Positions 50,527-59,215 of a stretch of 64,000 bases of DNA are shown in pieces (the stretch's first letter is position 1; each line of letters begins with the position of its first letter). The translations under genes were made by a program, and so were the position numbers. The stretch is from IMG/VR virus record IMGVR_UViG_3300030106_005394, positions 8,705 through 72,704 of that record. One strand, given 5' to 3'. Under the pieces are notes generated by a model that did no database searches, had not been told where the DNA came from, and worked only from the letters and a program-made list of their open reading frames with translations. This DNA comes from a virus.

Positions 50527-50837
50527 GATACCTACTCCTATTGATACTGCTCTGCGGCTGCAGGACAGGCCAGCAGAACATAGAGAAGAGCACGTTTTAT
50601 AACCCAATAGGTGAGGCTCGCCACCATGTATCTAGGGCAGAGCGACATATTGATCGTGCAATTAAAAAGACTCCCTCAGTAGAGCAATTAAATAGGTCCG
50701 AACCATTGAAGTGGTTCGTAATATTAACGAGCATAACTTTAGTCCTCACCTTCGGCGTAACTACCTGCGTGGTTGCTGCGAAGAAGATAATAAGCCACAT
50801 TAAGCTCAAGAAAAATGACAATACCAGAACAGACTGA
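50523..50837 (+). CDS. Lipoprotein with C-terminal TM helix (u-spanin-like topology)
   Basis: MRYLLLLILLCGC lipobox-like signal; hydrophobic WFVILTSITLVLTFGVTTCVVAA. Confidence 0.5.
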   Translation: MRYLLLLILLCGCRTGQQNIEKSTFYNPIGEARHHVSRAERHIDRAIKKTPSVEQLNRSEPLKWFVILTSITLVLTFGVTTCVVAAKKIISHIKLKKNDNTRTD

Positions 50838-51000
50838 CGCATTTTACACCGACCTGTATCAGCTGATCTCTAGGTATAGTAATGAGTTTGACTTGCCACT
50901 TGAGACCCTAATTGGTGCAATAGAGATGGTTAAGGCAGACTTAGTGTCGGGTGTAGCTTTCCAAGTGGATTTCGAAATTGATACAGAAGAAGATGAATGA
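50815..51000 (+). CDS. Small acidic hypothetical protein
   Basis: In-operon ORF. Confidence 0.6.
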   Translation: MTIPEQTDAFYTDLYQLISRYSNEFDLPLETLIGAIEMVKADLVSGVAFQVDFEIDTEEDE

Positions 51001-51316
51001 GGAGCTTTCAGAGAACACACAAGTAAAGGCCAACATGGCCTTCGCAATCAAGGTCATCATGGCCGTTGGTACTGCTGTGTGGGGGTATAGTGTCATTGAG
51101 CATCGCATAAGCGACACAGAGAATGAGATCGTACGCATGAAGTCGGACGTAGAACAGAACTCAGAGTTCAGGGTCAAATGGCCAAGAGGAGAGCTTGGAG
51201 CATTGCCCGATGATGCAGAACAGAATTTAAGGCTGGGCTATATAGAAGCTCAGATTAAAGTTCACTCAGAGCATATTGATAACCTCAGACATAAAGACGA
51301 TGCCCAAATTAGGTAA
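50993..51316 (+). CDS. Membrane-anchored coiled-coil protein
   Basis: TM segment FAIKVIMAVGTAVWGY, then coiled coil and WPRGELGALPDD. Confidence 0.65.
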   Translation: MNEELSENTQVKANMAFAIKVIMAVGTAVWGYSVIEHRISDTENEIVRMKSDVEQNSEFRVKWPRGELGALPDDAEQNLRLGYIEAQIKVHSEHIDNLRHKDDAQIR

Positions 51317-51416
51317 AAAGAAATTCCCATACACAAAAGCAGGTATGAAAGCATACTCAAAAGCTAAGGCTAAAAAAGCCCCAGCCAAAAAGGCTAAAGC
51401 CAAAAAACGCTACTAA
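51300..51416 (+). CDS. Tiny Lys/Ala-rich protein (38 aa, not in ORF track)
   Basis: MPKLGKKKFPYTKAGMKAYSKAKAKKAPAKKAKAKKRY. Confidence 0.65.
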   Translation: MPKLGKKKFPYTKAGMKAYSKAKAKKAPAKKAKAKKRY

Positions 51417-51550
51417 TGCCCAAGAAGTCCAAAACCAAAAAGGACTCTTGCTACAAGAAGGTGAAGGCCAGCTACAAGGTGTTCCCTTCTGCATATGCAA
51501 GTGGTGCCATAGCTAAGTGCCGAAAGCGCAAGGCTAGGAAGAAAAAGTAA
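51416..51550 (+). CDS. Tiny basic protein (44 aa, not in ORF track)
   Basis: MPKKSKTKKDSCYKKVKASYKVFPSAYASGAIAKCRKRKARKKK; TAATG coupling on both sides. Confidence 0.7.
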   Translation: MPKKSKTKKDSCYKKVKASYKVFPSAYASGAIAKCRKRKARKKK

Positions 51551-51789
51551 TGGCTGTCCGCAAGACAAAGAAGGGAGCCTCCCTCAGGCGATGGTTCAAG
51601 GAGAAATGGACTGATCAGCATGGGCGGCCCTGCGGGAATAAAAAGACCAAGGGAGTCAAGAAGTGCCGACCCACAAAGAGGGTATCAAAGAAGACTCCTA
51701 AAACATGGAAGCAGGTAGGAAAGAAGAAGAAGGCTTTAGTTGCAGCAAAACGCAAAGTAGGGATGGGTAAGAGAACCAAGAAGGCATGA
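51550..51789 (+). CDS. Small basic protein (DUF5872-like)
   Basis: LRRWFKEKWTDQ.G.PCG...CRP.KRVSKKTPKT. Confidence 0.65.
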   Translation: MAVRKTKKGASLRRWFKEKWTDQHGRPCGNKKTKGVKKCRPTKRVSKKTPKTWKQVGKKKKALVAAKRKVGMGKRTKKA

Positions 51790-51854
51790 AGCGCACCAAC
51801 AACTACAAGCGCAAGATGAAGCCTTGCTGTCGCAAGTGCGCCAAAAAGAAATGA
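51786..51854 (+). CDS. Tiny basic Cys-containing peptide (22 aa)
   Basis: ATGA overlap; MKRTNNYKRKMKPCCRKCAKKK. Confidence 0.4.
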   Translation: MKRTNNYKRKMKPCCRKCAKKK

Positions 51855-51862
51855 CACTCATC

Positions 51863-51891
51863 AAGGGCGACCCCCGAAGGAGCCGCCCTTT
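51863..51891. terminator. Hairpin between convergent operons (probably bidirectional terminator)
   Basis: On the minus strand AAGGGCGGCTCC-TTCG-GGGGTCGCCCTT. Confidence 0.7.
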
Positions 51892-51895
51892 ATGA

Positions 51896-52123
51896 TTAGC
51901 TTAGTGCTTTATGTTCGTCAATGTCAGGCAGGATCACATCCAGCCATATCTGAAGACAGGCTTCATTGTCCTCAGGAGCCAGCCTCTGCTTCCATTCGTT
52001 AGTTGTATCCGAGATGGATACCGTATCTTCCTGTAGGTCAGGCAAGCCATTCTCCGCAAGAGGACCAACTTGGCCATCGTTGCGAATGTAGCTACCTACG
52101 GATTTTAGTATTATTAAGTCCAT
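51896..52123 (-). CDS. Hypothetical protein
   Basis: Last ORF of the leftward operon. Confidence 0.6.
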   Translation of the reverse strand: MDLIILKSVGSYIRNDGQVGPLAENGLPDLQEDTVSISDTTNEWKQRLAPEDNEACLQIWLDVILPDIDEHKALS

Positions 52124-52307
52124 GCTTAACCCAACAGTTTCCTAATGTGTAACCGTACTTACCCTTTCTTATTGGATACTTGGACGGATCTTTGTATGTC
52201 CAAGTATTATTGTTACCCTTGTGCTGCTCATAGGCAGCAACCAGTGCTTGTTTTGGAGGTAGTGAGTAGCTCAGCTCCTCCATACTATGCCTAACTATTG
52301 TCGTCAT
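52092..52307 (-). CDS. Hypothetical protein
   Basis: SLPPKQALVAAYEQ..GNNNTWTY. Confidence 0.6.
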   Translation of the reverse strand: MTTIVRHSMEELSYSLPPKQALVAAYEQHKGNNNTWTYKDPSKYPIRKGKYGYTLGNCWVKHGLNNTKIRR

Positions 52308-52455
52308 CGTAGTCGATTATGTCATTATCTCGCATCATATCTGCGACTTGATCTTCCGACATATACTTGAGGCATGCCATGATTACGTAGTCTTTGGTTA
52401 CTAGTCCTTGATCTAGCATTTCAAGGAGCTTGTTCGTTTGCTTTCTTACGCTCAT
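52291..52455 (-). CDS. Small hypothetical protein (54 aa, not in ORF track)
   Basis: MSVRKQTNKLLEMLDQGLVTKDYVIMACLKYMSEDQVADMMRDNDIIDYDDDNS; TAATG coupling. Confidence 0.7.
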   Translation of the reverse strand: MSVRKQTNKLLEMLDQGLVTKDYVIMACLKYMSEDQVADMMRDNDIIDYDDDNS

Positions 52456-52787
52456 TAGTTGATCTTGGTAAAGCCTAGGTTATCAATAACGTAGACTGAT
52501 TTATTTCCTTCTTCCTTATCGAGAACTATTATGTCTCCGACTGAAGCGGAGTGCGATAGGTTATCTTCAAATACAATTAAGCCAGCATTCTCAGTCCAGC
52601 TCTCCTCGTATTCATCTGGACAATTGCACCTTGCAAAAACATTGTGCAATTGCTTCTCGTCCTCGTCGCCATCGACATATGGAACTCTAACAGCTCTCTT
52701 GTATTCATCGAAGTGACCCTTCTTTTGCCACAACTCAGCATACTGAGAATGATGCTTAATAAACGCCTCTAACTGGGGTATGTTCAT
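52455..52787 (-). CDS. YodL-like domain protein
   Basis: LHNVF.RCN...HSASVGDIIVL...YVIDNLGF. Confidence 0.65.
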   Translation of the reverse strand: MNIPQLEAFIKHHSQYAELWQKKGHFDEYKRAVRVPYVDGDEDEKQLHNVFARCNCPDEYEESWTENAGLIVFEDNLSHSASVGDIIVLDKEEGNKSVYVIDNLGFTKIN

Positions 52788-53410
52788 TCGAATACATCCT
52801 CCGTTGGGTTTACCTTTGTTGTTCCCTTGCCGTAGCACTCGATCCAGAATCCAACGTGTGCAATGAACTCTCTATTTCGCTGTTCGTGTCGAAGCTGCCT
52901 GAGCTTATCCTTGACATCGTAGCGATCTGAATCGGACTCGGCATCATCAAGTGCCAGCCCTAGATCCTCCCGCTCCTTCTTTATGTCGCTCATACTTTTG
53001 CCTGACACAAACTCACCCCTGTCACTCCATAGCTGATACATAGGCTCATCACTTTCGCCATTGTAGTGTTTCATTAGGGCATGCAGAGGGTAGTCTGTGT
53101 ACTCGTGCCTAGTGCCGTTGAGCTTGAAGGGAACATGAACCTTTCGCAGTTGATCTGGGACGCAACAGCCAAGTGCATCTCTGTACTCTCGGAGCGGATC
53201 TATTATGTACTGTTCAATCCACTCCTCGGCGAACTCGCGTGACCATCCATAGTGATGGTGACCATACTCCCCCTCATAGGGGAAGTAATGGTCGTCTTGC
53301 AAAAAGGTTACGGCCGCATCATAGCCAATCCTTCTTGCTTTTTTATCGCCCCACAGATTTAGCATCTGTATTACGACTGATATTAGGTTTAGTTTTGGTT
53401 TTATAACCAT
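52784..53410 (-). CDS. Hypothetical protein
   Basis: In-operon ORF; likely start MVIKPK. Confidence 0.6.
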   Translation of the reverse strand: MVIKPKLNLISVVIQMLNLWGDKKARRIGYDAAVTFLQDDHYFPYEGEYGHHHYGWSREFAEEWIEQYIIDPLREYRDALGCCVPDQLRKVHVPFKLNGTRHEYTDYPLHALMKHYNGESDEPMYQLWSDRGEFVSGKSMSDIKKEREDLGLALDDAESDSDRYDVKDKLRQLRHEQRNREFIAHVGFWIECYGKGTTKVNPTEDVFE

Positions 53411-53613
53411 TTGTCTTCCTTTGCTTTCTTTTCGATTTCGAGTGTTTCGACACTGTAGTACCTTGCGTTGCACTTGGGGCAATGCCTCACTCTGCCTACG
53501 GCATTGTCGCCACCTATATCTAGGGCGATGCTACCGCAGACAGACTTACCTAGGTACATAGAGTGCCTACTGTCGATTATTTTGAGTTTATTCTTACACT
53601 TGGGGCAGTACAT
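53401..53613 (-). CDS. NrdR-like zinc-ribbon protein
   Basis: MYCPKC...IIDSR...RVRHCPKCNARY.S.E; no ATP cone. Confidence 0.7.
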   Translation of the reverse strand: MYCPKCKNKLKIIDSRHSMYLGKSVCGSIALDIGGDNAVGRVRHCPKCNARYYSVETLEIEKKAKEDKWL

Positions 53614-53616
53614 AAC

Positions 53617-54063
53617 TTAGTCTTCAAACACGAACCTGAGTATCTTCATGCAGTTCTCTTCGTCCTGCAGTTTATTATACAGGTCGTCGTTTTCCTTTAG
53701 GTAGTCATCAACCCCCTTGTCAACCCTTTCAATGATCTTATACATTTCCTCCTCTTCGAATGGAAACGATATGAGCATTGGGCCAACTTCGTAGTCGTGA
53801 CCTTCAATGATTGAGCCAACAAGAAGCCCAATACACTTTGATGGGCGAACGCCATTCCATACTTGCTTGACCCATTGTACCCAAGGCCATCTACAAGTAT
53901 GAGGCGCCCTAGCTAGTGGGTCTTCGTAGCATAACTCCTTTCCGTTTTGGAAACGGAAGGCGACCCAAGGGCCGCAATCCGTGTATTTGTATATAGCTCT
54001 ACCGAAGTGAGCCATAGAGTGGAAGTCTCCACTTATTAGTTGTGGTAGGTTATGTATTATCAT
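53617..54063 (-). CDS. Hypothetical protein
   Basis: RAIYKYTDCGPW...VGSIIEG.D.EV. Confidence 0.6.
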   Translation of the reverse strand: MIIHNLPQLISGDFHSMAHFGRAIYKYTDCGPWVAFRFQNGKELCYEDPLARAPHTCRWPWVQWVKQVWNGVRPSKCIGLLVGSIIEGHDYEVGPMLISFPFEEEEMYKIIERVDKGVDDYLKENDDLYNKLQDEENCMKILRFVFED

Positions 54064-54332
54064 CGTAGTGATATTTGCCTCTCTATCATTAGTATATGTT
54101 TTTTACGTATGTTTGTTACCATCTTGCACTTGCTGAACCATTCAGGGTCTGCGGCTATGCCTGTCTCCCTGAACTTCTTCATTGCTCCATTTAGCTTATC
54201 CTGAGCACCATCATGTATGTACTTGATCTCGCTCAGCAACTCCCTTAGGTCCTCGATGTCAAGGCTCCTGATTTCGTAGAGGAATTCACCATCGGAATAC
54301 TTTCCTTTCGATATTTCCTTTACTCGGTCCAT
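54060..54332 (-). CDS. Hypothetical protein
   Basis: In-operon ORF. Confidence 0.55.
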   Translation of the reverse strand: MDRVKEISKGKYSDGEFLYEIRSLDIEDLRELLSEIKYIHDGAQDKLNGAMKKFRETGIAADPEWFSKCKMVTNIRKKHILMIERQISLR

Positions 54333-54550
54333 GACCAGTCCTTACTGCTTACTATCATTGATAGGTTAGTGCCCTTTAGTTCTGCAATTAAGTCCCCATC
54401 TTTATGGTGCTTATATGTAACTACTGGCTTCATATCTATGTGAGGATTTAGCTGGTGGTACAGGATTTGGAGCTTTGACCACTTATCCAATACCTCCTTC
54501 GATACTTGTATTTGTGGTTCTTCGTCTTCTGAGTGATTAACTATGTACAT
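54320..54550 (-). CDS. Hypothetical protein
   Basis: In-operon ORF. Confidence 0.55.
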   Translation of the reverse strand: MYIVNHSEDEEPQIQVSKEVLDKWSKLQILYHQLNPHIDMKPVVTYKHHKDGDLIAELKGTNLSMIVSSKDWSWTE

Positions 54551-55373
54551 GATTGTAACCTTCTGTGGTCGATGTGTCTGAGTGGCCTACATATCGGCCT
54601 ATGTCTGTGATTGATAAGCCCATGCCAGCCAGCCTAGTCACAAAGCTGTGACGTAGGCTATGGAATGAGCGGCCTTCTATGCCGTACTCCTTGAGTAGCT
54701 TGCTGAATTTGGATGACAGTCTAGCTCTAGCTTTTGGGTACTCAACGGTAGCCCTTTGCCTAGGGAAGCAGAACACATCGTCCTCCTTCTCTATCTCCTC
54801 TAGATACTGACATAGCTTGCCAAGTCCAGTTGCTATATGGCCCAGTGGGAGAGACACACGCTTATCCCTCTTCTGTGTCCACACGACCATATGCGTATCG
54901 GATATGGAGTTCCACTCCAAACAGCATATATCGCTCAACCTTAAGCCAGTATACCAGCTTATAGCGGTCGCCTGTCTATAGAAGTAAGGCGCGTGATCTA
55001 TGACATACTGTACCTCCGTTTCAGTGAAGGGCCTCACATTGCGACCCTCGCGCTGACTGTGGTTTAGTATGCGCTTGTTCACCTTAACTATATCGGCTGG
55101 ATTTGTACTACAGTAACCCTTACCCTTTGCGTAAGCAAAGAACGCCTTGATTGCTGCAAGGGTGAAGTTCTTCGTAGAAACGGACTTGCCGTCATCCGCA
55201 TTAACCCAAGCATTGATAATCTCTGGCGTTACAGCCGTTATCGACTTAAGCTTGCGCTCCTTGATGAACTTCTCCACGTACTTGCCTTGGGAGTATATGG
55301 TATTCTCGGAAGAGCCGCTTATGTATCGCCACTTCTTCCAGCATATTAACATCTGCGGTATTGTAGGTGTCAT
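54537..55373 (-). CDS. Tyrosine recombinase/integrase (Xer-like size)
   Basis: TGLRLSD, QK, FHSLRH, VGH, TTEGY: full R-K-H-R-H-Y catalytic set; SAM-like N-domain ending NPA. Confidence 0.93.
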   Translation of the reverse strand: MTPTIPQMLICWKKWRYISGSSENTIYSQGKYVEKFIKERKLKSITAVTPEIINAWVNADDGKSVSTKNFTLAAIKAFFAYAKGKGYCSTNPADIVKVNKRILNHSQREGRNVRPFTETEVQYVIDHAPYFYRQATAISWYTGLRLSDICCLEWNSISDTHMVVWTQKRDKRVSLPLGHIATGLGKLCQYLEEIEKEDDVFCFPRQRATVEYPKARARLSSKFSKLLKEYGIEGRSFHSLRHSFVTRLAGMGLSITDIGRYVGHSDTSTTEGYNHVHS

Positions 55374-58039
55374 TTAGATGCCTCCAATTCCGTAATCCTA
55401 TGACGAAGTATAGGCCAGTCCTCCTCGCATTTCTGCTCGCATATATTCCTTGACTCCTTGTTGAAGTTAAGAACATGAGTGGACATTATTTCGTCAGGAT
55501 GAACCGAGTTCACATTGCGAGGCACATGCATACCTCGCAGACATATCGTAGCGGAGTCTTCCTTTAGCCCCAGCTTCTCAAACAGAAGCTCCTCTATAGT
55601 ATCCTTGTGAAGTATCACAAAGATATTAACAGGACGAGGGGATATGAGCCTCCATACTCGACCTTGAGCTTGGTTAAACTTACCATAGCTCCACTCTAGA
55701 GAGCCGATAATAAGATTGTTACATTGCTCAAACGAGTAGGATTGGGCACAGTTAATGCCCATCAACATAACACGAGTCTCTCCAGCCTTAAACATAGCAG
55801 CCTCCACAGCATGCTTGCTTCTTGTGCTGTCAATACGTGATACTTTTATGCCAGCTTCATCCAATCTCCGCTCTATCTCAGAGCTTTGATGGATGCGAGC
55901 AGATACATGAACTACCTGCTCTCCATTGGCTAGACACTCGTATATCTTTTCCAGTATAGCAATCGTCTTAGGATTGAAGTTGCTATTGATTTTTACTATA
56001 TCTGGATCGGATTCCTCTTGCTTCGCTCTCTTGTGATACTCCACGACAGTTTCCACAGGAGCGGCACACAGACCACGCAACCAAGTAGACTGAACAGCCT
56101 TAATATTCTTTGGGTCTGTGAATGGTATGTTTTGTACCTGCACCAAGTGAGCATAAGCATCAAACTGCATTCTGCCCATAGGTACTGTTGTGGTGGTAAC
56201 ATTACACGGCACTATCTCAGAGTTACAGTCCTTCTTGGCTATGTATGCCATGCTTGGCTTTAGTAACTTGAGTAGTCTTCCTGCCTGACTAATGATAGGC
56301 GACACCTTTGTTGACTGAGGGTTCTTTACTCCCCTCTGTGCCTTTATCATCTTGTCGGTGAGATCCTCCTCGTAGGAGCAGAAGTGCTCCTTGAAGGTAC
56401 TCAGTTCGTCCTTTGTGTATGGCCAGTTCTTGTTTGACAGCCCACCGTGATGCCACTTGTAGACACATAGCCAGCCCATCAGGCTGAACAGGTTGTACAC
56501 CATATTGGGTATAGGCGTTGCCGTAAGAGCGTACCTATACGGAGGCTCCAGCCTAATCATAGCCTTAGTCGTCTGTGACTCAAGGTTACAGATTAGGTGC
56601 GCCTCGTCGAGTATCACCATGTCCATAGCATCTCCAATGCGAGTAGCTAGAGATGGATTACCGATACAGCGAATGCCATTGAAGCTAGCACCTAGCCCCA
56701 TAGACAGTCTTTCTGGCACAGTTCCGATGTCCTCGTCTTCTTCGTCCTCCTTACTAGGATAGCCGAACCTCTTACGAGTTTTATCTTCACGCTCCGCCTC
56801 TGACCAAGAGGCAGGTATAGCCTCGAATGCATCACCACTAGTGAATAGTGCTTGAGGCCAAGTCAAGTAAACACCTCTCGGTAGCTTACCATCATTCTCA
56901 GCCATTAGCTTCTCCATCTTCTTGCGCTTTGTCATAAGACGAACTGGAGCCTGACAGCCGAACTTCTTTAGCTCTGCCTCCCACTGTGCTATGTGGAAGT
57001 CACTACCCTGTTCGACAGTGCCCTTGGGTGCAATGATCCACACAACATCTGCGTTCTTGGTCATTATTAGACTTATTGCGATAAGCGACTTACCGCAACC
57101 CGTCTCAGCCGCAATCAAGCCAGAGTCCCTACAGCTCATGCGAGCAATGTAGTCTTTCTGGCCATCGAAGTAATCAAACCCCTGCAAGAGTTCAATCACA
57201 TCAAGCTGGGCCATTGCAGAGTCATACTCTACTGACTTAGTTTCCTTGATCGTAGGTATGCTAGGCTTATCAAACACATCCCACAGCTTACCCTCTTGAA
57301 CCTCTCGTTCTCCGTCTGGGTGAGCTATGAAGTGCAACCGAACATCGTCATCATCATATATGCAGTAGATAGCATCCTTACCATGTAGCACCATTTCGTG
57401 CTCCATCATAGTCAGCTCCCTCTCCTGCGGATTATAGTGAGACTTCATTCGTGTGAATGGTTCCCGATACCTTCTTGACATCAGTCTCACCTCATACTCC
57501 CTACCCTTGGTGAAGCGATAGAAGTAGTGGTTTGCTGCTGCTCCAGTTATCTGCTCTCCTGCAGTAACCAGCTTGCGCTGGAAGTCCATTCGGTATGGCT
57601 TGTTAGGCCACTCCGCAAGACCATTATCTGATTCATTCACCATGTACACGCCACCGCCATATTCATAGCGATCGGCATACACCTGACCCCCTGCAATTAT
57701 ACAGTTATTCTTGCAGGTGAGTGTTCTGAACTCGTCAGTCCACGCTATAGCCTCGTAGTCAGTCCAAGGCATAATAGGTGGATCTATACTCTTACTATCC
57801 TCAAGTGCCTTGAGCATAGCGTCCTTTGCTTTTCGTTGGCATATCGCCCACTTACTTTGGCATACATACTGCATGGCATCACGATCTGCCGTAACAGTAG
57901 TGAGCTGTATTGGAGTCTGGCCATGTATTCGTTTTAGCGCACCCTCAAGTATATGGTAGTCGGGTGTCTCATTGGGGATCGCATCTGGGTTGGTGCGAAT
58001 AACACCTATCCCCGTGATCCATATGTGTGGTTTAGTCAT
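55370..58039 (-). CDS. SNF2-family (SF2) helicase/ATPase with an uncharacterised N-terminal region
   Basis: AAETGCGKS, ILDEAH, LTATP, QAQGRVWR, DTIEE. Confidence 0.88.
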   Translation of the reverse strand: MTKPHIWITGIGVIRTNPDAIPNETPDYHILEGALKRIHGQTPIQLTTVTADRDAMQYVCQSKWAICQRKAKDAMLKALEDSKSIDPPIMPWTDYEAIAWTDEFRTLTCKNNCIIAGGQVYADRYEYGGGVYMVNESDNGLAEWPNKPYRMDFQRKLVTAGEQITGAAANHYFYRFTKGREYEVRLMSRRYREPFTRMKSHYNPQERELTMMEHEMVLHGKDAIYCIYDDDDVRLHFIAHPDGEREVQEGKLWDVFDKPSIPTIKETKSVEYDSAMAQLDVIELLQGFDYFDGQKDYIARMSCRDSGLIAAETGCGKSLIAISLIMTKNADVVWIIAPKGTVEQGSDFHIAQWEAELKKFGCQAPVRLMTKRKKMEKLMAENDGKLPRGVYLTWPQALFTSGDAFEAIPASWSEAEREDKTRKRFGYPSKEDEEDEDIGTVPERLSMGLGASFNGIRCIGNPSLATRIGDAMDMVILDEAHLICNLESQTTKAMIRLEPPYRYALTATPIPNMVYNLFSLMGWLCVYKWHHGGLSNKNWPYTKDELSTFKEHFCSYEEDLTDKMIKAQRGVKNPQSTKVSPIISQAGRLLKLLKPSMAYIAKKDCNSEIVPCNVTTTTVPMGRMQFDAYAHLVQVQNIPFTDPKNIKAVQSTWLRGLCAAPVETVVEYHKRAKQEESDPDIVKINSNFNPKTIAILEKIYECLANGEQVVHVSARIHQSSEIERRLDEAGIKVSRIDSTRSKHAVEAAMFKAGETRVMLMGINCAQSYSFEQCNNLIIGSLEWSYGKFNQAQGRVWRLISPRPVNIFVILHKDTIEELLFEKLGLKEDSATICLRGMHVPRNVNSVHPDEIMSTHVLNFNKESRNICEQKCEEDWPILRHRITELEASK

Positions 58040-58534
58040 TTAACGTAGTATTAGTTGTTCTGGCTCGAAGTCGTCAGTTAGGTATCCGTTGGCGGCAAAG
58101 CTGTAGTAGCCTAGCCCCTTGGGACACTGCTTCGGATCTCCGAGTATAAGGTGCTCCACACATGGCACACCCAGAGCCATACCAGCCTTCTTCACCATCT
58201 CTGTTGACTTATAGTCAGCATCGCTCGGTGTAGTGTTGCCAGATGGATGGTTGTGCGCCATAACAATGGAGCAAGCATTCACGTTTGGTGCTAGCGCTGG
58301 GGCAAACAACTCCCTCATATGGAAGATGACGGTATCAACAATACCGACAGTAATCTGCCGACGACAGATAGGCTTATCATGCCGATCAAGGCACATAACC
58401 CATATCTGCTCCTGAGTAGGAAGCTCATCAAAGCCCGTCCGTAGATACTCTAGCCTACAGCGAGTGGAGTCCAAGCCATCGGCACAGAACTCCTCACGCA
58501 ACTCAAACGAGTATTTTAGATCATATATGCGCAT
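58040..58534 (-). CDS. RadC-type JAB/MPN domain protein
   Basis: QE...AHNHPSGNTTPSDAD JAMM motif (E...HxH...S..D); EHLILG. Confidence 0.9.
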   Translation of the reverse strand: MRIYDLKYSFELREEFCADGLDSTRCRLEYLRTGFDELPTQEQIWVMCLDRHDKPICRRQITVGIVDTVIFHMRELFAPALAPNVNACSIVMAHNHPSGNTTPSDADYKSTEMVKKAGMALGVPCVEHLILGDPKQCPKGLGYYSFAANGYLTDDFEPEQLILR

Positions 58535-58540
58535 TGACTC

Positions 58541-59215
58541 TTACAGCTCAGATATAGCGGTAAGTAGAGTCTTGATACCAGCTTCAGCCTTCTTGACATC
58601 TGCGGACAGAATCCGAATAGCCTCATGCATGGTAGCAATAGCGGTAGTATGACCTTCGATGCTTGTGTCTGTACTTGTTATGTACTGACCGATCTGGCCT
58701 TCTGTGGTATCCAGCCGACCCTCAAGCGTATCCAAGCGTTCCGCCATAGTGGCAAGAAGTTCGTTGGATGTATTGCTTGTGGCCTCCTCCTTCTTCCTCT
58801 TCAGCTTGGCTACTGCATCAGCAATAGCGTCATCAGCCTCAGGCTCAGGGGCAGGTTCAGGCTTAGGCTCAGGCTTAGCTGGCTCAACATTAACCTCTGA
58901 CCCACTTTCGTTAGAGTCAAGGGTAAGGGTCTCCATCTTAGGTAGCCACTTACTGATAATAAACACACGTTCAGCGCGAACAGCGGAGGCAATCTCCTCT
59001 GCCGACATTGAATTAGTATCTACTCCTTCTGGCTTGATTACGCAGTCGAAGGACTGATCTTGGAACCAGCGCATATACTCGTCAGTATTCCCGTTGGTCC
59101 ACAGGCTAACGCAATGGCTAGCGAGTTTTGTGCTTTCAATACCAAGCTCTTTAGAGCGAGACAAGAATGCGGCGTTGATGCTTTGCACGAACTGATTATG
59201 TTCCTTAGCTTCCAT
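58541..59215 (-). CDS. Hypothetical protein with PE/PK linker and C-terminal coiled coil
   Basis: EPAKPEPKPEPAPEPE; heptad repeats. Confidence 0.65.
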   Translation of the reverse strand: MEAKEHNQFVQSINAAFLSRSKELGIESTKLASHCVSLWTNGNTDEYMRWFQDQSFDCVIKPEGVDTNSMSAEEIASAVRAERVFIISKWLPKMETLTLDSNESGSEVNVEPAKPEPKPEPAPEPEADDAIADAVAKLKRKKEEATSNTSNELLATMAERLDTLEGRLDTTEGQIGQYITSTDTSIEGHTTAIATMHEAIRILSADVKKAEAGIKTLLTAISEL

